DNA from: an uncultured Phycisphaerales bacterium
GTDB taxonomy: Bacteria; Planctomycetota; Phycisphaerae; Tepidisphaerales; Tepidisphaeraceae
Reading direction: 5' to 3'
Assembly: GCA_963844715.1 (NCBI GenBank)
Contig: CAWJPJ010000007.1
Location: 896,001-960,000, forward strand
Length of the DNA stretch: 64,000 bases
The notes under the pieces are model-generated. The model was not told the DNA's origin and ran no database searches. It saw nothing but the letters and a program-made list of their open reading frames with translations. Every line of letters begins with the position of its first letter. The first letter of the stretch is position 1. Below, piece by piece: positions 19,585 through 29,409 of this stretch. Both the position numbers and the translations under genes were made by a program.

Positions 19585-21333
19585 TTACTCCCGCTCCGCT
19601 TCCCGGGATTTCTTCTGTTGCAGCGTGCTGACAATCTTTCCGCGCCCGTTGGCATCCACCGACGCGCTCACGGCCGCTCCGGGATTGGCCCGCGGCACTT
19701 GGCGGATAGGCACGAAGTGAGTCTGGCCACGGCCGGTGACGGCAGCGAAGAGGCCCGCGTGCAGGGACACAGTGCCGCCGTAGATGCCGGTGAGCTGACC
19801 TCCTGGCGGAAAAGAATGGATCTGATTGCCAAAGCGCCGAAGCGAGGCGGGTGCGACCGCCTGCAATTCGCGCGCCTGGAGCGATTGCTGTGCGTTAGGA
19901 CGCAACTGATATCGTCCCTCCTGCAATTGCGCATAGCCGTGTTCCGCCATCCAGCGCCGGCGCGACTGGGCCGCCCGCTGCAGCGCTGGATCAGATGTCA
20001 CGATCGTTTCTTTCCCCAAAGATCGCAGATGCAGTTGTCGATCCAGCCAGGTCCAGGCCTCGGCTTCGACCTGGCTCTGGATGGAGCGAGCGGAAAGGAT
20101 TTCCACGATCCCGTATCCTCGCCCCGCGGGCCGTCGTTGTTTTTCCGATTGACGCTGACTCTGTGCGGGACGAAGTCGGACAAGACTTCCCTCTTCCAGG
20201 ACCCGTAGGGCGTGAGGATTGACCGGGCGGACGTAGAGTACTCGTCCGTGCGCGTCCTCTATGGCCAAAAATCGCCGGTCGCGCACCTCGTCATGAGAAC
20301 CCATGCTCACCACGCGGCCGGTGAGTTCTTTGCCGTCATAGAAGGCCACGGCGCCGCTGCGCGGACCGAGCCTGGCATAGAGGCTCTTGATGATGTCATT
20401 ACGCTTGGCCAGGTCGCGCAGCTTGGGCTTCAGCTCCGCGTCCACGGTCCAGCGTCCCAGGCGATCCCTGCTGGCCAGCCCCAGGCGCTCCAAGTGCTGT
20501 AACCGCGCCGCCACGCGGCGGCGCAGCCGGTCCTTTGCCAACTCTCCTTTACCGCTCAAGCGCAGGCGACGTTCCCCGTCCACGTGCCGCTCGATTACGG
20601 CATCCAGAGATGTATACCGCTGCGCGGAAAGCTCCTTTTGTATCGACTCCCGGACCTGCTCGGCGGTGCGCGGGCCAATCCAGCGCGTGGCGATCTCCTG
20701 GGCCGCCTGGCGCATGCCATGTTTGATGTACGGGCTGGGGATCACCAAATCTGTTCCATCCCGCCGTTTGCCCCGAACCAGCACATGGGCGTGCAGGTCA
20801 TCCGTGTTGTGATGGTTGATCGCTAGCCAATCCAGCTTCGTTCCTAAGTCCCGCTCGGCCTGGGCCAGTAGCTCTCGCATATAGCCTCGCAGGCCGTCGG
20901 ATTGCCGCTCGATCTGGTCCGCTCGCTCCGGCGAGATAATGAAGTGAAAATGATGGCGATCCTCCTCCCACTGGCGCACCCGAGTCCTGGCATCTACGTC
21001 CTCTTCCGTCGCGTCATAAAAGCGGCCGGTCTTGCCGTCCAGTGATGCCGAGTCGCGGGCCAGATAAGTTTGGTGCGCCCGCAGCACGCCTCGCGCCTCG
21101 CCGGACCTCGGAACGGTGTAAGAGGCCTTAATCACCACACGCTGCTGTTGCGGCCCGGCGGCGCCGGCCCGGCGGCTGACGGAACGTCTGCCGACGCGGT
21201 ACATCCACTGCGTGACGCTGCCGATCCGGCCTTTGAACTCCCAGTGGGCGCCGGCCGATTGGCGTCGCCGCCGGCCGGTGCGGATTTTCAGTTCGTCTTC
21301 GACCTCTCGCATCGTGGTTATGCGGCTCGTCAT
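19585..21333 (-). CDS. MOBP/VirD2-like relaxase with DUF3363 region
   Basis: QRVVIKA; catalytic Tyr region HQTYLARD; HFHFIISPE; DLGTKLDW; HUH motif HHNTDDLHAH; WTWLDRQL. Confidence 0.92.
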   Translation of the reverse strand: MTSRITTMREVEDELKIRTGRRRRQSAGAHWEFKGRIGSVTQWMYRVGRRSVSRRAGAAGPQQQRVVIKASYTVPRSGEARGVLRAHQTYLARDSASLDGKTGRFYDATEEDVDARTRVRQWEEDRHHFHFIISPERADQIERQSDGLRGYMRELLAQAERDLGTKLDWLAINHHNTDDLHAHVLVRGKRRDGTDLVIPSPYIKHGMRQAAQEIATRWIGPRTAEQVRESIQKELSAQRYTSLDAVIERHVDGERRLRLSGKGELAKDRLRRRVAARLQHLERLGLASRDRLGRWTVDAELKPKLRDLAKRNDIIKSLYARLGPRSGAVAFYDGKELTGRVVSMGSHDEVRDRRFLAIEDAHGRVLYVRPVNPHALRVLEEGSLVRLRPAQSQRQSEKQRRPAGRGYGIVEILSARSIQSQVEAEAWTWLDRQLHLRSLGKETIVTSDPALQRAAQSRRRWMAEHGYAQLQEGRYQLRPNAQQSLQARELQAVAPASLRRFGNQIHSFPPGGQLTGIYGGTVSLHAGLFAAVTGRGQTHFVPIRQVPRANPGAAVSASVDANGRGKIVSTLQQKKSREAERE

Positions 21334-22080
21334 GGTTTGTCTCCTAAAATGCCACGCTGATAGCGATAATTGCTTATCTGCCTGACACTTATGTCATTGA
21401 TATATAAGCGTCTTGCCAGGCTATTAGCTGTAAGTCCTTGTGGCTCAATCGCTTCAATGTCCGGCTGATAGCCGGCTTTTATCTTGCCCTGCGTTGAGAA
21501 CAGAATTTCCCCGATTGTCACCGATTCTTTTTTACCCATGTCGATGTGCGACGAAGGGTCTGATTCATCCGCGAATGAAAAACTGATGCCGACTTTGCGG
21601 TACACGCCTAGGACTTGATCGGTATGGATTGGGCCGAAGTAGCGGCTATCGAAGCTGCGTACGGCGGCGGAGCCGACGAGCAGTTCATCGGCGGCGAGTC
21701 TGCGCGGCTGACCAGTGCGGCAGCGGCCGACCAGCGGAATCGAAAGCGGCAATGGGACCTACACGAAAGCCGTTGACGCGCAGCTCGCCGTCCAGCGTCG
21801 AGACAAAGTCGCCGCCGGCGGCCAGCACGTGCTTAAGCAGGATCAGATTCGTCGGCTCACCCCGCAGACGCGTATAGGAATAGGCGCTGGCGGGCAGCGC
21901 AAACGCGACAATACTGCCGCGCTGAATACGACCGCCATGGTAAAGATAGAAGCCAATTGGAACACTCGGCGTGCGGTTGTAAATCACCAGCGGCGGATGC
22001 GGCAGCGACGCGCTGGCAATCAGCGCAGCGATAACGCCTGCGATGACCCGCATACGGCGGAGGCCTCGATCAATTCTCAT
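21330..22080 (-). CDS. traF: S26-family conjugal transfer peptidase TraF (frameshift near 21700)
   Basis: YNRTPSVPIGFY; LLKHVLAAGGD; DSAGRPLP; SFDSRYFGPI in the second frame. Confidence 0.85.
21461..21490 (+). promoter_or_regulatory. Putative oriT with MOBP nic site (TATCTTG^C, cut between 21486 and 21487)
   Basis: Hairpin CCGGCT-GAT-AGCCGG (21461-21475) directly followed by CTTTTATCTTG^CCC. Matches the RP4/T-DNA border consensus YATCCTG^Y with one change. Lies immediately upstream of the relaxase. Confidence 0.75.
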
Positions 22081-22556
22081 GGGTTTGCTCCTGCAAGAAT
22101 CGCAACAGGGAATCCCGATTCAGCCGCCTGGGCTCTTGGCCGGCGCAACGACTGGGCCGCAAGACGGTAATAAATCAGCGGAACGCGGCATGGATCGATC
22201 CGCGACTGCTGAATCTCGCCAATCAGTTGGTCGGCTCGGTCGACAACGCCGCGGTCTTTGCCGATGCAGCGGCAATTCAGGAACGCGTGCACGTTCACGG
22301 CTGGGTCGATGCACGGCAGCCGAAAGCCGCTCTGCCCTCTCTCCCGGGCCTGGGCGACAGCAAAGGCGGCGAACTGCCGCCGCGGCGAGACCCGCGCCCA
22401 CCACAACACAGCAAACGCCTCGTCGGCGCGGAACCAATAATGCGTCAAACCATCATCAATGCGCCGCACCTGAACCGGGCTTCCGAAGCGCAGGCGAACG
22501 CTGAAGCGGTCCTTAACCTGACAAGCGGTCAGCCGTGTCCAATCTGAGTGGGTCAT
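22077..22556 (-). CDS. DUF2840-like protein
   Basis: RLRFGSP, LPCIDPAV and IDPCRVP..YYR motifs; position just upstream of traF as in Tn4371-like elements. Confidence 0.7.
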   Translation of the reverse strand: MTHSDWTRLTACQVKDRFSVRLRFGSPVQVRRIDDGLTHYWFRADEAFAVLWWARVSPRRQFAAFAVAQARERGQSGFRLPCIDPAVNVHAFLNCRCIGKDRGVVDRADQLIGEIQQSRIDPCRVPLIYYRLAAQSLRRPRAQAAESGFPVAILAGANP

Positions 22557-23331
22557 GACGGGTTTCGCACGGATGGGTTGAGACTGGCGTGAGCGGGCTG
22601 GGTTGGATGCAGGTATGGCAGCAAAGCAGCGGCCTGCATGGGCAATCGCGGCGGAAGACGCAGGTGGTTCTTGGCCGCGTGCGCCCGAGCCGGCCCCGTG
22701 TAAATCACCCGATGATCGTGCGAAGCATCTGCGTGCGTTGCCGCCGAAGACCTCTCCTCATGCCGGCGATTGGCATGGGTGGCGAAAAGCACCTCGTCAC
22801 ACCAGGCTTGAATGTGCGCCGAGGTTTGGTCATTCAGCGCGGGCTCATACCTCTGGGTAAGCGATCCGCCATGCAGTGGGCTGGCGGGCCCACGGAGCTG
22901 CGCATGGCCCACCAAAACGATGTGCAAGCCGACACCACCGCGCAGTAGATCCAGCCGACGGAGCAACTTTTGCCAATGCGCCAGCGCCAAGGCCTGTCCG
23001 TCGGGAATCGCCGCAAGGTGCTCGGCATTGCCGCCCGGCACAATTCGTCCCCAATCGATAGCTCCACGCTCTCCAGGGAGTCGAGGATGACCGTGGCATA
23101 CTCGTGCAGCCCAACGTACAGGTCTTGCAGCGCCTGCATAACTTGATCGAAGCGGCGGCATACCGGAAATCGAGTGCAAGCAATATGGTTGGTGCTCTCG
23201 TCAGTGGGAATGAGCACCGGCGCCCGCAGGCCCGCCGCCAAAGTCGAGGTGCCGATTCCGCGAATGCCATAGAACAGAATCCGCCGCGGCCGCTTGACTG
23301 AACGAGTGTGGATTTGATCGAACAATTTCAT
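22553..23331 (-). CDS. AAA_24 (Sak4-like) ATP-binding protein; frameshifted here, intact in copy 2
   Basis: RILFYGIRGIGTST; TVILDSL; WCDEVLFA; AKNHLRLP. Confidence 0.8.
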
Positions 23332-23639
23332 GTAGACCTCCTACCTGCATTGGTGAACGCCTCTTGTCCGTTACGACCGGACCAAAACCGCAGAGCATGG
23401 GCGAGGGCTGTGCGCGCTCGGTGGTGATGGAAGTGCGATTTGCGCGGACTGAAGGGATGAGGAGCAGGTTCTGTCTGAAGCGAGAATCCGCTCAGAATGT
23501 GCTTGACAATTTAGCCACGAGTTAGGTAAATGTACGGTATCGCGTTCCTGCCCAGGACGGAGCTTGGGTTCATCGATACCGCCGTTTGCCGACCGAGCGC
23601 TGGCGCGGCGCGATTGTTTGCACTACGGGAGGAATTGCC

Positions 23640-24717
23640 ATGTTGGGCGCTGCTCTTTCTGAAGAATTGCCTGCGGCCTCACTGTTTGGGCCTGCCCAAA
23701 TGGCGTTGGAACGGGCGAAACGATTGTTTCGCCGCGCCCAACGCAGCGTGACCCATACCCTTCGCATTGCCTCCCGTGGTGATTTGATGGGTCCAACTCC
23801 GCAAGCCAGGCAAATACGGTTTGTGCCGTGCACGTGGGGCATGCGACGAGACGACTACCGCTGGCGCGGCGATGCCAATCGCGATTTTGCCGCGCTGCGG
23901 AGCGGCGCTTCAACGATGGGCTGGGCGCTGGTTCATGCGCCGCTGCGCAACTGGAGCGAACTGTTGCCAGGGACGATGCCGGATGTCATGGGCACGCGAT
24001 CGGACCTCTACCTGGCGGACTACTGGCTGCTGACGGTGCATTACTTGGTCTGGTCCAAGCGTCTGCCCTATCCAATCAAGGCCAATTGGCTGCACGGCGC
24101 GAGCATTCACGATCGGCCATTCAGCTTTACCAGCGAACTGCCAACCGATTTGACGGAAGCATCGCTGGATGCGCTGATTTTGTTTCGTGAGGCGGCAGTG
24201 ACTCTGCCCCGAAACGGCGGGGATATCCCGATCGCGCCCGCTGAGCCGCCCGTGCTTCACGATGGCCACTGGCATTTGATGACCCGCGAGGTTCCAACCA
24301 GCGCGGCGAATCAAACTCTACCCACTGCCGAATCCCTGGAGCCGCCGCCTCAAGCCGCCGTTTTGAAAGAGGCAATGGACGGAAGTGACGTTCTTCCCGA
24401 ATTGAATGACCAGACCTTTACGGTCTGCTGTGGTGGCAAAAAGTATCGCTTTACCGCTCGGAACAAACAGTTGTTCGCCCTCCTGGATCGAGTCCGCCGT
24501 CGCCCTGGTCATCGGGTCTCCTTCGACGATCTGCGCACCACCGGTGACGTTTGGGATGGCTCGCGGGTGGAAGACAGTTCCATCCGCGGTGCAGTCGCGC
24601 GGCTTCGCAAGCTGCTCAAGAACCATGGCATGAGCGCCTCTGGCCGAGCGGGTCACGACCGGTACGTATCAAGGCCGCGGCTATGTCGTTTTGCAGACGG
24701 CAGAAGGACACGACTGA
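23640..24717 (+). CDS. Protein with a C-terminal winged helix-turn-helix domain
   Basis: GGAGG RBS before ATG 23640; C-terminal LFALL...DVWDG...IRGAVARLRKLL...RGY (OmpR-like wHTH); intact in copy 2. Confidence 0.7.
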
Positions 24718-24736
24718 TCAAGCTAAAGGAGAAGCC

Positions 24737-25458
24737 ATGTCAATATTCACGGATAAACGAGGGACCGCAGCGCCACGAACCGTCAAGATTCGCGGCGAGC
24801 AGTTTACGCGGCTTTGGCTTACGACCTCCATGTCCCAGGAGACCTTCGCGGCCCGCATCGGAATGAAGCGCTCCGGGGTATTCCGCCTGCTGCGGCCGGG
24901 CGTGCACGCCATGTTCAGCGATAACTTCGCCCGCGTCGCCCAAGCCCTGAACATGACGCCGCGGGAATTGAAGGAGCGCATCGGGGTTGGAGAAGTCGTG
25001 GTGCGATCGTCCGATGCGGCGTGGCCCAATCTACCAATCGGGCATCAAGGGCCCGGCGCAGCCGCTGGTCGAGGTCACAAGGTTTCACGGGATCAGCGCG
25101 GGTAGCCTGCGCCGAGCGCCTGGATGTGGAGCACGGGACGGTGAAGGTGCCCGAAGGGTGGGGGGATTTCTTCGTGCGCGTGGATGGGATTTCCATGCTT
25201 CCGGACTATCCGGATCAATCCGTCGCCGCCTTCGAAACGGTCGAGGGACAACAGTTTATTTATGGCAAGGACTATCTGATCTGGTTCACGGATGGGGAGT
25301 GCTATTTCAGCAGAGTGCATGAGAGTGACGAGGACCGCGATGTGCTGGTGCTTCGTAAAGTGAACCCGGATCGCCGGCAGTTCCCGGATCGGTATGTCCA
25401 TCGACGGGAGATTGAGCGCATCGCTCGCTGCGTTGGTGTAGCGATCGACAGGAGTTAG
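24737..25458 (+). CDS. XRE HTH plus S24 peptidase (LexA/cI-like) repressor, frameshifted
   Basis: MSQETFAARIGMKRSGVFRL HTH; later 'ISAG', 'VRVDGISMLPDY', 'VNPD' and 'ARCVGV' in the following frames. Confidence 0.7.
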
Positions 25459-25496
25459 ATCATCGAGTAGCAGAAATTCATGATGGGAGAAAGACG

Positions 25497-26192
25497 ATGT
25501 CGAGGCTCGTACGGTGGCTCGACCATCGCATGGAGGTGGTGGGAATCGAAAAACGGAAGGATCTGGCGGAATTGACCGGCATCCCGCTCGACGTTTTCCG
25601 CGAAATCCGGGACGTCGGCTCGCTGGAAATCCTCAGCAGAACCCAAAGGCGCCTGCTCGCCGCCGCCTTGCGCGTATCGCTTCGCAATCTGGAACAGCTC
25701 AGCGACCACCTGGTCGATTGGATTGAAGACGATCACGTGTGCGACGCTGAAGGTTGCGGCCGACCGCTTCCTGGCCGGAAGGGTGATCCGGCGTACCGGG
25801 TGCCGCGGGAATTACCGCCCGAAGACCGGGGCACGCCTCTGATCGGGAGAATTCGGCTCGGCGGCCAAGCCGAGTTAGACGAGGATTGGCATCAGGAATG
25901 GGGAAAACACATTCCCCACCGATTCGGCAATGGGCACAACGTCTTCGCCCTGGAAATAGAGTCCACGTGTACCTCGGTCGTGCTGCGAGTGATAGCGCCC
26001 TGGGAGTTTCGCGAAGGAAGAGCGGCGGTCTACTGCTGGAATGGGTGGGAGGCTCAGGCGTGGTTCGGTCGTGTGTGCCTACAACCCAAGGCATATGTCG
26101 TAACGGCGGACGGGCAGCGACATAACCTGGAACTACCGAATGTCATGCGCATTGGCAAAGTGGTGGGCCAGTGGCCCACCGGACCTGCCTGA
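25497..26192 (+). CDS. HTH protein with a degenerate S24-like C-terminal domain
   Basis: RKDLAELTGIP HTH; 'TPLIGRI', 'VFALEI', 'RIGKVVG'; catalytic GxSM motif absent. Confidence 0.55.
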   Translation: MSRLVRWLDHRMEVVGIEKRKDLAELTGIPLDVFREIRDVGSLEILSRTQRRLLAAALRVSLRNLEQLSDHLVDWIEDDHVCDAEGCGRPLPGRKGDPAYRVPRELPPEDRGTPLIGRIRLGGQAELDEDWHQEWGKHIPHRFGNGHNVFALEIESTCTSVVLRVIAPWEFREGRAAVYCWNGWEAQAWFGRVCLQPKAYVVTADGQRHNLELPNVMRIGKVVGQWPTGPA

Positions 26193-26267
26193 CGCCCCGC
26201 CCGACTCCGGGCGCAAAAACAAACCCGACGGGGGAACGGACGGTCCCCAGCCGGGTTGTGCGAGCCG

Positions 26268-26513
26268 CTACTTGGACTCGCTCTTTTGTTGCAGTTCGTG
26301 GATCGCCTCGAACGTCTTATCCGCGACCTTTGCCAGCACCAGCAGATCGTCGCGGCCGAAACTGTCGGTGCTTTGCCACGTGCCTTCATCGCCGCGGTAC
26401 AGCCGCTGAAACGTCACGTTGTACCGAGCGCCGCTCTCCGTTTCGTTCTGCCAAATGGCGGCTTTAACCGTGCCGATCCGGACTTCGCTAATGGGTTTCT
26501 GCTTCGTAGCCAT
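26268..26513 (-). CDS. Small putative ssDNA-binding protein of mobile elements
   Basis: KPISEVRIGTVKAAIWQNE...YNVTFQRLY...WQSTDSFGRDDLL; GGAG RBS upstream. Confidence 0.6.
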   Translation of the reverse strand: MATKQKPISEVRIGTVKAAIWQNETESGARYNVTFQRLYRGDEGTWQSTDSFGRDDLLVLAKVADKTFEAIHELQQKSESK

Positions 26514-26803
26514 GTGAGACTCCTCTCTAAAAGGGTTTGATTGGTCCGTTCACCTCGGCGTGACGGACAACAAACCCTTATGAGGAGTCGGAAGCCAGTC
26601 CGCAGCGGCAAGCGCCGGGAGCGAAAAACAGCGAGGAGAATGACAGGCGCGGCGGAGGCCCTTTTCCGCAATCGATACCGCTCTCTGGCCAGGAAACAGT
26701 TCCGCCATAAGGCGGGTCGAAACGTGGCCAGGAGCCGACTCGAGAAAGACCCTCGCTCCCCGTTCGCGCACAACCTCCAACTCGGTGTAAGATTATTACT
26801 CCG

Positions 26804-29095
26804 ATGGTCCCCGTGACGATTCAACACAAGTTCGAATTGGTGCTGCAACATCACCGAGCCGGGCGCTTTAGTGAGGCCGAAGGACTTTACCGCGAGATCC
26901 TTGCGCAAGAACCCAATCACTTTCGCGCGATTCATTATCTTGGATTAATCGCTAATCAGGTCGGTCAACGAGACATTGCGGTTGACTTGATTCGTCGCGC
27001 CATTTCACTCAAACCGGATTACGTCGAGGCCCACGGCAATCTTGGCAGTGTCCTGAACGACTTGGGGCGAATCGACGAAGCCATCGCGGTCTTTCGCCAA
27101 GCGATTATGCTTAGATTCAACTTTCCTGAAGCACACACTAATCTTGGCAACGCCCTGAAAGCCAAAGGACGGGTGAAAGAGTCCATCGCCGCTCACGAAC
27201 AGGCTATTTCCCTTGAACCAAACTACGCGGAGGCCTACAACAATCTCGGCAGCGTTCTGCAAGATGATGGGCAAATCGAGAAGGCTGTCGCCGCGTTTCG
27301 CCAAGCCATCGCACTCAAAGTCGACTTCCCAGAAGCGCACAGCAATCTCGGTAACGCACTAAAAGAACAGGGCCGGATCGATGAGGCCATCGCCTCCCAT
27401 CACAAAGCCATTTCGCTTAACCCCGATTTGCCGGAAGCTTACAACAATCTGGCCAGCGCCCTTATCGCCAAGGGACGACCGGATGAGTCTATTGCCGCCA
27501 GTCGGCAAGCTATTCGTCTCAGATCCAGCTACGGTGAAGCCCACAGCAACCTGGGCAACGCCCTTAAAGCCAAAGGACATCTCAATGAGGCGATTTCCGC
27601 GTATCGCCAGGCCATTGCTCTCAAACCCGATTGCGCCGAAGCCCACTACAATCTCGGTATTGCCTTGAAGGATAGCTCACAACTTGATGAAGCGGTCGCC
27701 GTCTATCGTCAAGCAATTTCATTGAACCCGAACTTGCCGGAGGCTCACAACAATCTCGGCGAGGCTTTGAAAGAGATGGGACGCCTCGATGAGGCCATCG
27801 CTGCGTATCGCCAAGCCGTCGCGGTCGGACCCAACCTTCCGAATGTGCACAGCAATCTGGTACTGGCCCTGCATTACCATCCGAACTGCGATGACCGAGC
27901 GATCAGTGAAGAACTTCGCCGTTGGAACCGCCAGCACGCTGAGCCGCTGCGCGAGCATATCCACCCGCATTCGAACGATCGCGACCCGAACCGTCGCCTG
28001 CGGATCGGGTACCTCTCACCGGATTTCCGAAATCATGTGGTCGGCCAAAATCTACTGCCCGTAATCCAACATCACGATCGCGCGGAGTTCGAGATCATTT
28101 GCTACGCCAATGTGCCAACGCCGGATGAAATGACCCGGCAATTTCAGCAAAGTGCCGACGATTGGCGTGACATTGCCGGCGTTTCCGACGAGGACGTGGC
28201 CGAGCAAATCCGGCGCGACCAAATCGACATACTCGTGGACCTGGCACTTCATACGGACGGCAACCGGCTGCTGGTTTTCGCCCGCAAACCGGCTCCGGTG
28301 CAGGTAAGTTACCTGGGTTATTGCGGAAGTACCGGACTGAATGCGATGGACTATCGTCTTTCCGACCCCTTTCTGGACCCCGCCTCGACAGAAGTTGATT
28401 CTTATAGCGAAATTACGGTACGTCTGCCGCGAACATATTGGTGCTATCAACCCGGCTCGACTCCCATTCCCGAGGTACGCTCGTCGCCAGCGAAAGGGAA
28501 CGGCTGGGTCACGTTTGGCTGCCAGAACAACTACTGCAAAATATCCTCGGCCGCATGGAACGTCTGGACAACAATTCTGCAGGCTCAGCCAAAATCGAGG
28601 CTGCTCATCTACTGCCCGCGCGGCAGCCATCGCAACCTTGCACATAAAACGCTCGTGGACCGCGGGATCGATCCCGACCGTCTAATCTTCTCAGAATCGC
28701 GGGGCGCCGAATATTTTCAGCGATATTGCGAGATCGACATCGCCCTCGATCCGTTCCCGTTTGGGGGCGGGACCACCACCTGTGATGCGCTCTTCATGGG
28801 CGTGCCCGTGGTCACTCTCTCAGGGATTACCGCGGTTGGTCGCGGCGGACGAAGCATCCTCAGCAACGTCGGCCTACCGGAGCTGGTCGCGCATACCCAG
28901 GATCAATACGTTCGCATCGCCCTGGAATTGGCCAACAATTTGGACCGTCTGGAGACTCTCCGTCGGGGAATGCGAGATCGCATGTTGTCTTCGCCATTGA
29001 TGGATGAAGCCGGGTTTGCCCGCGAACTGGATATGGCATACCGAGGCATGTGGCGGAAATGGTGCGAAGCGGTTTCGGCTGACCGGAAGATTTGA
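26804..29095 (+). CDS. TPR-repeat GT41 glycosyltransferase (O-GlcNAc transferase/SPINDLY-like)
   Basis: About 10 TPRs; LRIGYLSPDFRNHVV; DILVDLALHT; KPAPVQ; DIALDPFPFGGGTTTCDALFMGVPVVTL. Confidence 0.93.
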   Translation: MVPVTIQHKFELVLQHHRAGRFSEAEGLYREILAQEPNHFRAIHYLGLIANQVGQRDIAVDLIRRAISLKPDYVEAHGNLGSVLNDLGRIDEAIAVFRQAIMLRFNFPEAHTNLGNALKAKGRVKESIAAHEQAISLEPNYAEAYNNLGSVLQDDGQIEKAVAAFRQAIALKVDFPEAHSNLGNALKEQGRIDEAIASHHKAISLNPDLPEAYNNLASALIAKGRPDESIAASRQAIRLRSSYGEAHSNLGNALKAKGHLNEAISAYRQAIALKPDCAEAHYNLGIALKDSSQLDEAVAVYRQAISLNPNLPEAHNNLGEALKEMGRLDEAIAAYRQAVAVGPNLPNVHSNLVLALHYHPNCDDRAISEELRRWNRQHAEPLREHIHPHSNDRDPNRRLRIGYLSPDFRNHVVGQNLLPVIQHHDRAEFEIICYANVPTPDEMTRQFQQSADDWRDIAGVSDEDVAEQIRRDQIDILVDLALHTDGNRLLVFARKPAPVQVSYLGYCGSTGLNAMDYRLSDPFLDPASTEVDSYSEITVRLPRTYWCYQPGSTPIPEVRSSPAKGNGWVTFGCQNNYCKISSAAWNVWTTILQAQPKSRLLIYCPRGSHRNLAHKTLVDRGIDPDRLIFSESRGAEYFQRYCEIDIALDPFPFGGGTTTCDALFMGVPVVTLSGITAVGRGGRSILSNVGLPELVAHTQDQYVRIALELANNLDRLETLRRGMRDRMLSSPLMDEAGFARELDMAYRGMWRKWCEAVSADRKI

Positions 29096-29409
29096 ACCAA
29101 AATCTCAGGCAAATTGTCGACACTTGCGAACTTCCCGATGACGCATTGAAGCAAGTTCCGTCATCGCCTCGCACATCCGCGCGATAAATTCGGCCGGCAC
29201 GTGACAATGAGTTGCGCGTAAGCTGTTATCTAATCACAAAACGCTTTACTTGTTTGCCCAACGTCTGTAAATTAATTCGCGCAAGCGATAGTATCAGTCC
29301 ACGGTTGGGCATTTTTGGGGCTGCAGGGACGGGGTTGTTAACACGTCTGGCGTATTGGTTGCTGCTACCCTCGAATACTTAGGCTTAATTCCTCCTGGAA
29401 GGAGGGGTC

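Noticed and set aside
23503..23531. Sigma70-like promoter TTGACA-17-GTAAAT upstream of the wHTH gene
   Set aside because: The -35 is perfect but the -10 is weak; not supportable without transcript data.
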